Source: Candidatus Latescibacterota bacterium (GTDB taxonomy: Bacteria; Latescibacterota; UBA2968; UBA8231). From it: a stretch of DNA of 64,000 nt. Location of the stretch: positions 1,856,001 to 1,920,000 of the forward strand of contig CBDAOB010000005.1 of NCBI GenBank assembly GCA_965197905.1. Reading direction: 5' to 3'. Positions 36,428 to 46,645 of this stretch are shown piece after piece; the first letter of the stretch is position 1; every line of letters starts with the position of its first letter. The notes beneath the pieces were generated by a model, which saw only the letters and a list, made by a program, of their open reading frames with translations, did not search any database and was not told where the DNA came from. Position numbers and translations under genes: made by a program.

Positions 36428-38191
36428 TCAGACCCCTCCCGGTTGGTGGCAGAATTCCACCTCGACCCACTTCCTCACCGAATTGATGAGGTGAATCCTT
36501 GTTGCCCGCTCGATCTCCTCCCGAACCAGCACCCTTTCCTTAATGGCTCGCGATTCTAGCAAGTGCGCTCTAAACGTGCCTCCCAGTAGTCCGCATTCCA
36601 CCGGCGGCGTCCAATCTTCGCCATCCAGCTCCGCGACTATGTTGCCCGTACAGAATTCGGTAACCTCCCCGCTGGAGTTCCACAACAACACCTCCGAATA
36701 ATCAGGGTGATCGGCGAGCCGGGTTTCGTAGAGGTTTCGATGCGTGGTCTTGTGGAACAGAAAAACATCCGCTTCGTCGACCGCTCTCACGGCAAACCGC
36801 GCGCGAACCGGCGCACATCCGTCGTCCAGCGGGGCACTCTCCAGTTCGATCGCGCCCGAGGTCTTCTGCAGCAGGCGAATCAGACGTCGATCGTGGAATT
36901 CCTGGGCTTCCTTTCGCAGGCGCTCGTTCACCGCTGCCTTATCGCACTTGATTCCGAAGTACCGAGCAGAACCTTCCAGTCGTTCCAGATGTCGATCGAG
37001 CAGATAATATCCGTATTCCGGCTCATACAACATCGTTTCCAGCAAGGAGAATTCGGGCCGTTTTGTCACCAGGACCCGCGATTTGACCGCGCACTCCTGA
37101 AACTCTTGTCTCCCTTCCGAGTCATGGGTTATTCCACCACCCACTCCGAACGAAGCCTGTTTTTGGTCGCGATCGACACACACGGTACGGATGGCGACGC
37201 TGAATTGGGCGGTTCCAGACGGAGACAGAAAACCGATGGCACCGGTGTACAACCCTCGGGGCTGCGACTCGAGCTCAGCGATGATCTGCATGGTCCTCAC
37301 CTTCGGGGCGCCAGTAACCGATCCGCATGGGAAGAGCGCCGAGAAAAGCTCGCGCAACGACGTGCCTTCCCGCATGTTCGACCTAACCGTCGATGTGAGC
37401 TGGAGCACGGTCTCGTACTGCTCCACCTGCCACAGATGTTCAACCGCCACCGATCCGGTCGCGGAAATTCTGCCAAGATCGTTTCGCAGGAGATCGACGA
37501 TCATCAGGTTCTCAGCCCGGTCTTTTGCAGCGTCTCGCAGTTCGCACGCGAACCTTCGATCTTCGGCGAGCCATCGGCCCCGGGGTCTCGTTCCCTTCAT
37601 GGGACGCGTCGTCAACACGCCATCGGTCAAGCTGAAGAACAACTCGGGAGATACCGAGAGAATCTGATAGCGTCCGAAGTCGAGGTAGGCGCAATAGGCA
37701 GCCCCCTGGGATCTGCACAGATCCCGGTAGAGGGCGCGAGCGTCCCCATCGAAGTCCGCCATCATCTGGAAGGTGTAATTGACCTGGTAGGTGTCGCCGG
37801 CGGCAATGTACTCGTGAATCCGTCCCACCGATTCGGCGTAAACCGCCTCTGGGATGGACGGTTTCCATGGCGAGATCGAACATCGATTGGCAACAACCTG
37901 CTCCCCCGGAACACACGGTTGCCTGCGTTCAAAGAGCCCGAAACACAGCAGGGGAAAGCTGGTGCCCTGCTGGGCGCTCAGAACCGGATCGATGCCGGGC
38001 GCAGCATCGTAGCTGAGGTACCCCGCCGCATGGAGCCCAGAGGCGACGGCGTCCTCCACCGCCTCTATTGCCGAGGGGACCTCCTCGAGGGTAGCCGCCT
38101 CAATCTCTCCCCGGCATCCATCGAACTTGTATGACTGGGATTGCAGAGTGCTGGAATAAGATTCGAATATGGGCGGCGATTCGAAGGTCAT
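36428..38191 (-). CDS. pabB: Aminodeoxychorismate synthase component I fused to a class IV (ADC lyase-like) domain
   Basis: GDTYQVN, SPELFF, PMKGT, AENLMIVDLLRNDLG, PCGSVTGAPK; C-terminal LLETM, HKTT, GLLGGTFR. Confidence 0.92.
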   Translation of the reverse strand: MTFESPPIFESYSSTLQSQSYKFDGCRGEIEAATLEEVPSAIEAVEDAVASGLHAAGYLSYDAAPGIDPVLSAQQGTSFPLLCFGLFERRQPCVPGEQVVANRCSISPWKPSIPEAVYAESVGRIHEYIAAGDTYQVNYTFQMMADFDGDARALYRDLCRSQGAAYCAYLDFGRYQILSVSPELFFSLTDGVLTTRPMKGTRPRGRWLAEDRRFACELRDAAKDRAENLMIVDLLRNDLGRISATGSVAVEHLWQVEQYETVLQLTSTVRSNMREGTSLRELFSALFPCGSVTGAPKVRTMQIIAELESQPRGLYTGAIGFLSPSGTAQFSVAIRTVCVDRDQKQASFGVGGGITHDSEGRQEFQECAVKSRVLVTKRPEFSLLETMLYEPEYGYYLLDRHLERLEGSARYFGIKCDKAAVNERLRKEAQEFHDRRLIRLLQKTSGAIELESAPLDDGCAPVRARFAVRAVDEADVFLFHKTTHRNLYETRLADHPDYSEVLLWNSSGEVTEFCTGNIVAELDGEDWTPPVECGLLGGTFRAHLLESRAIKERVLVREEIERATRIHLINSVRKWVEVEFCHQPGGV

Positions 38192-38209
38192 ACCTGTTGT
38201 AGCCGGGAG

Positions 38210-39913
38210 TTAAACCTCGGCGGCGGTTGGACTGAAGCAGCGTATCTCCAACGTCCAGTCGACGGGAGTCATCAACGCAATCAACAGGCGGAAACAATCA
38301 GGTTCCGGCTCGCTGTTTCTCATACTCCACATGCGATGTTGGAGATTTCCGGGTCCTACAGAGATAGCTTCAGCCTCGATTCGGTAGGTGGCAAATCCAG
38401 CTTTCAGAAACGCCGTGCCCCCGCGTTCTGCCCGCAGCAGCCCGCTATCCAGCTCCAGCACGCCTCCAGGGGAAAACAGGCATTCCAGCTGCAATGGGAC
38501 ACCGTCAACACCCCCTGTGCTGACTATCTGCAGGTCGAAGCCGTTGGTCACGGGGACCGTTTCAAGTTGAAGCTCCAAAGGTTCGAGGTCGTAGGTCGAA
38601 CGTCTCTTTCGAACCTCCCGCCAATCCTCGGATTTCACCTCACGGCCGACAGGTAGCCAGTAGACCGGCCGGTCGTATTTGCGCTCCGAGTAGATCGGAT
38701 TGCGGCCCCTGTGGCGCAAGCGTACCCGGCCATTGACTACCTGAAACTGCTCGCCGCGAAATTGGCCCGTCGCGAAGTAGGTGGAAGAGATCTTGACCGC
38801 CATGGATTCGATTGATCCAAAAGCAATATCGATCGGCCGCGTGATGTTCGCCGCAACGCTCGCGCTCAGCCGGCCGTTGCGATGGCGCCACAAACCAGAC
38901 CGAGCATACACCCTGGTGAACGTCTCGGGCAGTTCGTCCCGGTCGATATCAGTGGTGCGCCACTCGGGATGTTCAACAAACGGATGCAGTGCCCACGGCA
39001 AGCTACCGCCTCCCTGCGTCCACAGCCAGTCGGCAACGGCGGCGTAGAAACCGTTTCCGTCCATGCGGCTCATATGGTAGTAGGAGTCTATGAGGCCGGT
39101 GGGAACGACGCGGCTGCCGCGGTCCTGACGCGACGAAAGGGTGGTGACGATGGTGCCGTCGCCGTGCAACAGATGGTAGGAGAGGTCGAGGTTTTTCCGC
39201 ACCGGAACGAGCAGATCGGGATGGCCGAGACATGCTGCGGCCAGACGCAACGATCGATTGCATATGGCGTTGTACACCCCGGCGCTGCGCTCGGTGTACT
39301 CGCCATCCTCGTTGATATCGATTCCCTCAGCGAGATACGCGTGTATCGGTTCATCAACATCCAAATCGGGAAAAAGCTCGCGAGCCTGGGCAAGAGCAGA
39401 CAGGATCACCCACCGATGATTGGGAGTGTGGAAACCTCCCGAGACGATGCCCGGTACCGAGATTCGAATGAGCTCGCCGATGGACTTGGCGAGCTCGGCC
39501 GCGCCGCGAACCCCATTGCTGCCACGGGCCAGCTTTACCAGGGGCGCAACAGCCTGCACGACGAACGCGGTGTCGGGCGCCGAATCGAAATTGGTAGTGA
39601 CGAGATCCCAACGACCGGAGGAGCGTCGAGCCGCCTGGGCGAATCGAGTCGCGGCATCGATCCGATTGCGCAGCTCTTCATGCTCGAAGAATCCGGACTC
39701 GGGCAGCAAGTAGGCATATCCGAGAAGCGTTGCGGATCCTACACCGGATCCTCCGGCCAGTCCGTCGTCGCTCATGAATCCGCCGATGTCCGGTCGGCTG
39801 CGGTCCATGACCTGCGTCGACATCAGGCGCTCGACCTGTCTGTCGAGCTCGGAAATCAAAACGTGGTAGTCGATTCTTTGGCTGGGCTCGTTGGCTGAGC
39901 GACGGGCGGACAC
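38210..39913 (-). CDS. Hypothetical protein, possibly heparinase II/III-like alpha-barrel plus beta domain; start uncertain
   Basis: Long ORF in the minus-strand run; GGFHTPNHRW and DGEYTERSAGVYN motifs; helical N-half and beta-rich C-half. Confidence 0.7.
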   Translation of the reverse strand: MSARRSANEPSQRIDYHVLISELDRQVERLMSTQVMDRSRPDIGGFMSDDGLAGGSGVGSATLLGYAYLLPESGFFEHEELRNRIDAATRFAQAARRSSGRWDLVTTNFDSAPDTAFVVQAVAPLVKLARGSNGVRGAAELAKSIGELIRISVPGIVSGGFHTPNHRWVILSALAQARELFPDLDVDEPIHAYLAEGIDINEDGEYTERSAGVYNAICNRSLRLAAACLGHPDLLVPVRKNLDLSYHLLHGDGTIVTTLSSRQDRGSRVVPTGLIDSYYHMSRMDGNGFYAAVADWLWTQGGGSLPWALHPFVEHPEWRTTDIDRDELPETFTRVYARSGLWRHRNGRLSASVAANITRPIDIAFGSIESMAVKISSTYFATGQFRGEQFQVVNGRVRLRHRGRNPIYSERKYDRPVYWLPVGREVKSEDWREVRKRRSTYDLEPLELQLETVPVTNGFDLQIVSTGGVDGVPLQLECLFSPGGVLELDSGLLRAERGGTAFLKAGFATYRIEAEAISVGPGNLQHRMWSMRNSEPEPDCFRLLIALMTPVDWTLEIRCFSPTAAEV

Positions 39914-40019
39914 GGAGGGAATCAGCCCCGCACGGAGACCGGTTGGTGGGATCTCAAGACTGTCCGTGAAGCAAGAAACGCCGAGACCACAGTTGGTGAC
40001 GCGGAGTTGCCATGGTCGC

Positions 40020-40979
40020 CTACCCGTCGTGTGCGGGCAGACCACCGAGCATCGCCCGGCGCAGCTGGTCCACGTCCGGAAGCTGGAAATACTCCCAGAC
40101 TGCCCGCACTACACCGTCGTCGACGTACGCCAATCTGGGATAACCGTGCTTGTAGGTCAGACGGCGGAAATCGGTAAGCGAGATGGTGGCGATCTTGTAG
40201 TTGGGCCGCAGATGTTCCTTGAACTTGGAGAGCGCTTTGGATTCGGATGGGAAACTGGTCAAGGCAAGCACGGACGGCAGATCTGCGATCTCCTGAAACT
40301 CATTTAACTTCGGGACCTCCTTTTGACAGCGACCACACGTAGGGCTAAATAGAGCGACGACAAATCTGCCTTCCGCGATGTCGAGATCGACCCCATCCAG
40401 CGACAGACCGTTCAAATCCACTCCAACCTGGAGGTCCGAATTTTCAGCGCGACCGGCTTCGGGAATGTACCTGAAAGCGAAAACAGCGACGGCCACGATC
40501 GCACCGGCGGCTAGAAGTTTCGAGGACAGCCCCGAAGGGTGGGTATTGAACGGCCGGCCTCCCCACCATGCGACGAGCACCAGGACGAGCATGCCCAGGT
40601 CTTCGACCGCGGCTTCACCCGGGCTGCGGTTCACCAGCGAGCCGAAACACCCGCAATCCGCGGTTGCGCCGATTTTCCAAGCGTAGGCCATGAGCGCCGT
40701 GAAAAAACACAGCAGGACCGCCGACACCGGAAGTGCGATGCGCGGCCGCCAGTCGAGGAGGAGCGCGACCCCCAACATGAATTCCAGGGGGCCGAAGATG
40801 AGCGCCATGCGTGCACCGATCGGGGCCATCTCGCGCTCGACGCCGAGCACCAGAACGAACGGCATTGCTTCCCAGAAGAAAAGTAAAGGGTCCCAGATCT
40901 TGATCGTGCCGGCAACGACAAAGAGCAGGCCCATGATGAGCTGCGCAACGCGGGCAATGGTGGAAACAGCTGCACTCAT
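40020..40979 (-). CDS. MauE/DoxX family membrane protein with C-terminal thioredoxin-like domain
   Basis: GLLFVVAGTIK, E..LG, DCGCFG, then FSPTCGRC and GYP. Confidence 0.82.
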   Translation of the reverse strand: MSAAVSTIARVAQLIMGLLFVVAGTIKIWDPLLFFWEAMPFVLVLGVEREMAPIGARMALIFGPLEFMLGVALLLDWRPRIALPVSAVLLCFFTALMAYAWKIGATADCGCFGSLVNRSPGEAAVEDLGMLVLVLVAWWGGRPFNTHPSGLSSKLLAAGAIVAVAVFAFRYIPEAGRAENSDLQVGVDLNGLSLDGVDLDIAEGRFVVALFSPTCGRCQKEVPKLNEFQEIADLPSVLALTSFPSESKALSKFKEHLRPNYKIATISLTDFRRLTYKHGYPRLAYVDDGVVRAVWEYFQLPDVDQLRRAMLGGLPAHDG

Positions 40980-43900
40980 GTCTGTCTGCCACCAAGAAAC
41001 TTGGCCATAGACACTTCGAATAGCTTTCTCGTTCGGGTCATGGAATCAAACACTTCTGTTGCCAGCTTTTTGCCATCGGACAAGCCGAGAATCTGCGCCA
41101 TCACCTGCTTATCCCCGTTTGCAGGCAACTCCCCGGGAGTCGAACTGCCCATCAGACGATTCGCCTGTTCGACCCCCCGCAGTAGGCGGTAAGCCGCCGA
41201 CAGGCGAGAAGATTCGAGTTTTTTAATGTACTTCAATTCGACGGCCCGAGCCAACGCCCCGGAGGTGTTGGTGCGCTGGTATCCAGTTATCTTTCCCTCC
41301 GCTTTCAAAACGAGAACCTGGGCCAGAAACTCGATGTCGACGAGTCCTCCAATCCCCCGTTTGATGTCCAGTTTTTCAGAGCCACCCCGACTCACGGGTT
41401 CCATCCTGCCACGCATGTCGACGACTGCACGCGCAAATTCCGCGTCCACCGGTTTCGAAAACAGAAACCTGTCGATCGCTGACTGAACCCTGCCCCCAAG
41501 CATCGCATCGCCCGCCACGAATCGCGCTCGGGACAGGGCCAGGCGTTCCCAGTCCGCTGCTCGTTTCGCCAGATAGGTTCGATAACCCGCAAGGGAGAGC
41601 GCCAACGGTGCACTGCTGCCATCAGGTCGCAGGCGAGCATCCAGCTTGTAAAGTCTCAGGTTATGCATCTCCTTGGTCAGTTCCTGTACCAGCTCGACGA
41701 AAAAGACTTTGTTAGTCGATCCTCGACCTGTTTTGCCATCACTACCGTAGATAAAAAACAGATCCAGGTCCGAGCCAAAGGATATCTCCCCGCCGCCGAA
41801 CTTGCCTCCCGCGAAGCACGCCATCGCGACTGCTTGGCCACTCCTCGTACGCGGTTTCCCGGCCCGCTTGACGATCCGGTTCCAAGCCCGGAGGTAAAGC
41901 AGCTGCAGAAGTTTTTCAGCGTGCTCGGAGAGCGACCGAAAAGTCTCTTCTTGGGCGACCTCGCCCAGCAGCAGGTTACAGCCGATGCGCAGCATCGCTT
42001 TGTTGTGCCACGACTTGATCGCCGCAGGTTCGGGGTTGTGCCACAGCTGTTCCGTCGGCGTGTCCTCGACGGCAATAAGGGCGTCCACCAAGCTGGGATC
42101 GTGTTCGATCAACTGGGCCAGATAGACACTTGATCCGCAAACCATCGACAACAACCGCAGCAAGTTGGGATGGTCGCGCATGACGCCGTAGAAAACACCA
42201 GGAGCTCCGTATGCTGCAACGATCTGGCAGAATCGTCGCAGACCGTTATCTGGTTCGGGCATGCCGGAAAAAGAGGTCAGAAGCCGGGGAAGGAGATCTG
42301 CCAGCGATCGGCGCGCGGAGGGATGCGGCGCTCCCGCAGCTAACCCGGATAGAAGCTCCCGGGCGCCAGCCGGCGCCGTGAAACCATAACCCGCCAGTTG
42401 CTCCTGCGCGTCCGCGGCGCGCTCATCCGTATCCAGCAACCACTCCAGGTCGTCTCGAGCCGTGGAATCTTGATGAAATACACCGTCGTAGATCTTGCGC
42501 ACGGCCACGAACAGGCGGTTGAGCTCGAGCTCCAATTCCGCCGCCGAAGTCAATCCCAACAGATGCGCGATCCTGCTCTTGTCAGAGGGTATATCGTGGG
42601 TCGCTCGCCCCTCTTCGATCTGCAACAGGTTTTCGATACGGCGAAACTTTTGATAACAGTCCGCCAACCTGCGTGCTTCTTGCTTGTCCAACAGTGTTGC
42701 GGCCGCGAGGCGGTAAATCGCCGGTAGGGTCCGATGCGACTTCACCTTCGGCCGCGCGCGACCATTGAGCAGTTGCAGTGCCTGGACGATAAATTCGATA
42801 TCCCTTATTCCACCTGGAGCAAGTTTCAGATTTGCCGATGTGCCGTCTGGATCGACGACCTCCCGCTCGATGCGCCGTTTGATGCGCGAGATCTCGTGCA
42901 GCGGCCCAACGTCGAACTCCAACGGAAAAACAAACGGCGTGATCATTTCCTTAAATCTTCGCCATACAGCGTGGGAACCTGCCCCCCTCCTGGCTTTGAG
43001 CAGCATCTGTCGTTCCCACAATTGGCCATGGGCCTCGTAGTGAATCCAGTAGCTCCGCAACGAGCGTACCAACGGACCCGTTGGTCCCTCCGGCCGCAGA
43101 CGCATGTCGACGCGGTAGAGAAATCCCTCAGTGGTCGTCATCGTCACATCGTCGATGAGTTGCTCTCCCAATCGGTGGAAAAATTCGCTGTTGTTTATCG
43201 ACCGCCTCGACCTTCGTGGGGCGGTCTTTCCCTCCTGGTCATACGCAAAGAGCAGATCGATATCGGAGCTAAAGTTCAGCTCCTGCCCCCCGAGTTTCCC
43301 AAGGCAGATGACGCAGAAATGGGCAGGTTTACCCTGTGCGTCGAGCGGCTTGCCGAACCGATTGGTGAGGGTGTCAATCGCCTCCGCACACGCGAACTCG
43401 AGAACGGCGTCGGCCAGATACGCGAGCTCGGCGCAGGTTTTGGACACCGGCTTGGCATCCAGCATCTCTCCAGCGCCGATCCTCAGCAGCTCGCGGCGAT
43501 GGACCTTCCTGAGGGCATCCAAACGCTCTTCGCGTTCCGCCCCAGCTCGGATAGATTGTTTAAATAACAACCGAAATTCGTTGCGGGACAACGAATTGCT
43601 CATACATCCATTCACTCCGAACAGCCAGGTTAGATACTCCGGGTTGCGCACCAGTATGTCTGCCAGAAGCGGGCTGAGGGCGAGAACAGTCGCCAGCTGG
43701 AACCCCATGTCGGGCTCTGACTCCAGACGAGAGTAGAGGACATTCGATCCGCAAACCTCGATCAAACGCTCCAGATTCCGCAGGCCTCGATCGGGATCGG
43801 GGGTGTGTGCAAGATCCACGAGCATGCTGAGCGGAATGGGCACCAACATCTGCCGCGGCCCGGCAAGGCGATCCAGAACGCGGACCGCCTCATCTGGCTT

Positions 43901-44008
43901 TCGAAAACCGAGCCGATCCAAGCGCTCTGCAGCTGCGTCCGATTCCAGCTGCAGAGCTTCGCAGGCCCAGCGTTGTGCCTGGTCATCGTGGGGCGGAGAG
44001 AGGCTCAA
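40976..44008 (-). CDS. glnE: Bifunctional glutamine synthetase adenylyltransferase/deadenylase
   Basis: Two nucleotidyltransferase domains: GKLGGQELNFSSDIDL..RVDMRLRPEG..GGIRDIEF and GKFGGGEISFGSDLDL..DARLRPDG..GGLVDIEF. Confidence 0.95.
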   Translation of the reverse strand: MSLSPPHDDQAQRWACEALQLESDAAAERLDRLGFRKPDEAVRVLDRLAGPRQMLVPIPLSMLVDLAHTPDPDRGLRNLERLIEVCGSNVLYSRLESEPDMGFQLATVLALSPLLADILVRNPEYLTWLFGVNGCMSNSLSRNEFRLLFKQSIRAGAEREERLDALRKVHRRELLRIGAGEMLDAKPVSKTCAELAYLADAVLEFACAEAIDTLTNRFGKPLDAQGKPAHFCVICLGKLGGQELNFSSDIDLLFAYDQEGKTAPRRSRRSINNSEFFHRLGEQLIDDVTMTTTEGFLYRVDMRLRPEGPTGPLVRSLRSYWIHYEAHGQLWERQMLLKARRGAGSHAVWRRFKEMITPFVFPLEFDVGPLHEISRIKRRIEREVVDPDGTSANLKLAPGGIRDIEFIVQALQLLNGRARPKVKSHRTLPAIYRLAAATLLDKQEARRLADCYQKFRRIENLLQIEEGRATHDIPSDKSRIAHLLGLTSAAELELELNRLFVAVRKIYDGVFHQDSTARDDLEWLLDTDERAADAQEQLAGYGFTAPAGARELLSGLAAGAPHPSARRSLADLLPRLLTSFSGMPEPDNGLRRFCQIVAAYGAPGVFYGVMRDHPNLLRLLSMVCGSSVYLAQLIEHDPSLVDALIAVEDTPTEQLWHNPEPAAIKSWHNKAMLRIGCNLLLGEVAQEETFRSLSEHAEKLLQLLYLRAWNRIVKRAGKPRTRSGQAVAMACFAGGKFGGGEISFGSDLDLFFIYGSDGKTGRGSTNKVFFVELVQELTKEMHNLRLYKLDARLRPDGSSAPLALSLAGYRTYLAKRAADWERLALSRARFVAGDAMLGGRVQSAIDRFLFSKPVDAEFARAVVDMRGRMEPVSRGGSEKLDIKRGIGGLVDIEFLAQVLVLKAEGKITGYQRTNTSGALARAVELKYIKKLESSRLSAAYRLLRGVEQANRLMGSSTPGELPANGDKQVMAQILGLSDGKKLATEVFDSMTRTRKLFEVSMAKFLGGRQT

Positions 44009-44027
44009 AATCGCTCACAGTCGGAGA

Positions 44028-44462
<435 letters not shown>

Positions 44463-44571
44463 TCAAGAAAAATATCGCTGAAGCATTGGGCCCGAACAAC
44501 CTGCACGGTCGCCGCAGGTGAAGTTAGTGGCACGTCTGCCAGCACATGTGGCCACGGCCTTGGTAGTCTCT

Positions 44572-44601
44572 TTGACAGAATCCCCCTAAATTACTTATTT
44601 T
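44572..44601 (+). promoter_or_regulatory. Putative promoter for the ExeA-like/HD-GYP unit
   Basis: TTGACA at 44572-44577 followed by an AT-rich -10 region (TACTTATTTT). Confidence 0.45.
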
Positions 44602-44652
44602 TATCCTAGTTATGGATATCATACGCACAGATTCAGAGCTCTGAGGTCTCGC

Positions 44653-45462
44653 GTGTACCGAGAATACTGGGGGCTCGACCAACGCCCGTTCGACAATACG
44701 CCCGACCCGGCCTTTTTCTACAAGAGTGCGGAAACCGCGGAGATTTATGCGCGGTTGCTATATGCCTTGAAGAGCAACAGCGGCGCTATCATGCTCACTG
44801 GCGATTCCGGTTGCGGAAAAACCTTAATCACTCGGGCGCTCATTCAAGACCTCGATGCCAACAACTCGGAATTCGCCCTCGTAACCAGCCCGTACAAAGA
44901 GCCTCTCGATTTCCTTCGTGAAATTCTATATCAACTGGGAGAGAATGAGGTCGTCGATGACCATGCCCAGGTTCTCCATCGGCTGAACGGCTTTCTCTAC
45001 GACAATTTTTCGGCAGGAAAAGAGACGGCCATCATCATCGACGAAGGTCAGCTCCTTGAGAATCACGAGATGTTCGAACAGCTGCGCCTGCTGTTGAACT
45101 TTCAGCTGAATGACGCCTTCCTGCTCACTCTGGTTCTGGTCGGCCAACCCGAACTCGCGCAGCAGGTCATAGAACATCCACAGCTGGATGAACGGCTGTC
45201 CGCCCGCGCAGTCCTGCGTCCCTTCGCTCGCGAGGAGGTAGACAAATACGTTGAACATCGACTCGCCGCGGCGGGCAGAAAAGAACCCATATTTGGGCCC
45301 GCGGCGATCGAGTTGATCGCTCAGTACAGTGGCGGTATCCCCCGGCGAATCAATCAGATCTGCGACATCTGCCTGGTCATTGCGTTCAGCCGCAAGGTGG
45401 AATCGGTCGAGGAGGAACTGGTGTACCGGCTTATCCTGAACGAGGAGGAGAGCCGTGTTTAG
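44653..45462 (+). CDS. ExeA/GspA/MshM-like AAA ATPase without a C-terminal peptidoglycan-binding domain
   Basis: YWGL..RPFDNTPDP, TGDSGCGKT, IIDEGQ, LVGQPEL, SGGIPRRINQICD. Confidence 0.92.
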   Translation: MYREYWGLDQRPFDNTPDPAFFYKSAETAEIYARLLYALKSNSGAIMLTGDSGCGKTLITRALIQDLDANNSEFALVTSPYKEPLDFLREILYQLGENEVVDDHAQVLHRLNGFLYDNFSAGKETAIIIDEGQLLENHEMFEQLRLLLNFQLNDAFLLTLVLVGQPELAQQVIEHPQLDERLSARAVLRPFAREEVDKYVEHRLAAAGRKEPIFGPAAIELIAQYSGGIPRRINQICDICLVIAFSRKVESVEEELVYRLILNEEESRV

Positions 45463-46645
45463 GGGCCGGCAGATGGTGCGAACGGCACGGCAGGTACGAT
45501 CCGACGGACCGCCCCCGTCGCGCGACGAGGTTATCGCCGCGCAAGAGCAGTCTGTGGAAGAGCCGCAAACGGCTGAACGAATCAGCTTCGCAAGCGCCGT
45601 GCGTCCGGTGTGGACGGGGACAACACAGTGCCCGACGCCGTGCCGACCTCGGCTCTGGACCAAGACGCAGCCGCAAAACCAGAACCCGCTATCGAACCCG
45701 CCCCTGTGGCTCCCGGTGTCGAAGGGGTCCACGTCCCAACCTCTATAGAGCTGGCTGCCGCCGCAGACCTGTACGCGAAGCTGGTGTCTGTTACCGAGTC
45801 GATCTTCGAGGTAGCGGTCAAGAATGAACCGTTGGACCATGCCGGCGTGTTTGGGGTTTTGAATCAGTGTTTGGGGTCTCTGCAGGTCAACGATGACCTC
45901 GATTCGCCAGCGAGAACTGGAACAGACCTTGCCTGTAAGGGCGTCGAACGTCGCCGTATTGAGCCTGCGGGTAGGGCTTCAGTTGAAGTTCGAAGAGCGC
46001 CAAACCCTGGCTCTTGGCCTCTGTTCCCTCGTTCACGATCTGGGCATGACGACGGTTCCCGATGAGATCTTGAGCAGCCGCAAGTTGACCCCTGAACAGC
46101 TAGGGATCCTGCGCCGTCACCCCTTTGAGTCGAGGGCGATGATGGTATCGTTCGGAGAGCAGTTTGCGTGGATCGGAGACATTGTCGCGCAAGTTCACGA
46201 GCGCCAGGACGGCAGCGGCTATCCTGAAGGTCTTAGCGGCGACGATATTCACGAATTCGCACAGATCATTGGACTCGCGGACACCTACGAAGCGATGTCC
46301 CACCCGCGCCCGGACCGCGAGGCTCCCATCACCTACAACGCGCTCACAGAGATTATCGACGTCCGAAATTCGTTGTTCGACCCGGCCCTGGTGAAGGCGC
46401 TGATAAACATCGTGTCGATATTCCCCCTCGGCAGCCTGGTCCAACTGAACAACCGCACAGTCGGAAGAGTTATCGGCGCCAACCGGCTCCAGCCCGCGAG
46501 ACCGTTAATCGAGGTCTTGTTGGATTCTGAGAGAAAGTTACTGAAGGCGCCCCACACGGTCGATCTGATCGACGAACCGATGTTGCACATCGCCGATCCG
46601 GCGATCAGCGAGAGTCGCCTTACTGAGAGCAGCGAACGCCGATGA
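45455..46645 (+). CDS. HD-GYP domain protein split across three reading-frame segments (two apparent frameshifts; assembly error or pseudogene)
   Basis: ORFs 45455-45748, 45610-46065 and 45893-46645 join into one protein; the last has VHDLG, HERQDGSGYPEGL, ADTYEAM..R and FPLGSLVQL. Confidence 0.78.

Noticed and set aside
36707..39898. 475-aa and 338-aa plus-strand ORFs
   Set aside because: Antisense shadows of pabB and the lyase-like gene, expected at this GC content.
44528..44545. TGGCAC as a sigma54 promoter for glnB
   Set aside because: Wrong orientation for glnB and no TTGC at the -12 position.
45455..46065. ORFs 45455-45748 and 45610-46065 as independent genes or programmed frameshifting
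   Set aside because: They read as consecutive parts of one HD-GYP protein, and I saw no canonical slippery heptamer at the junctions.
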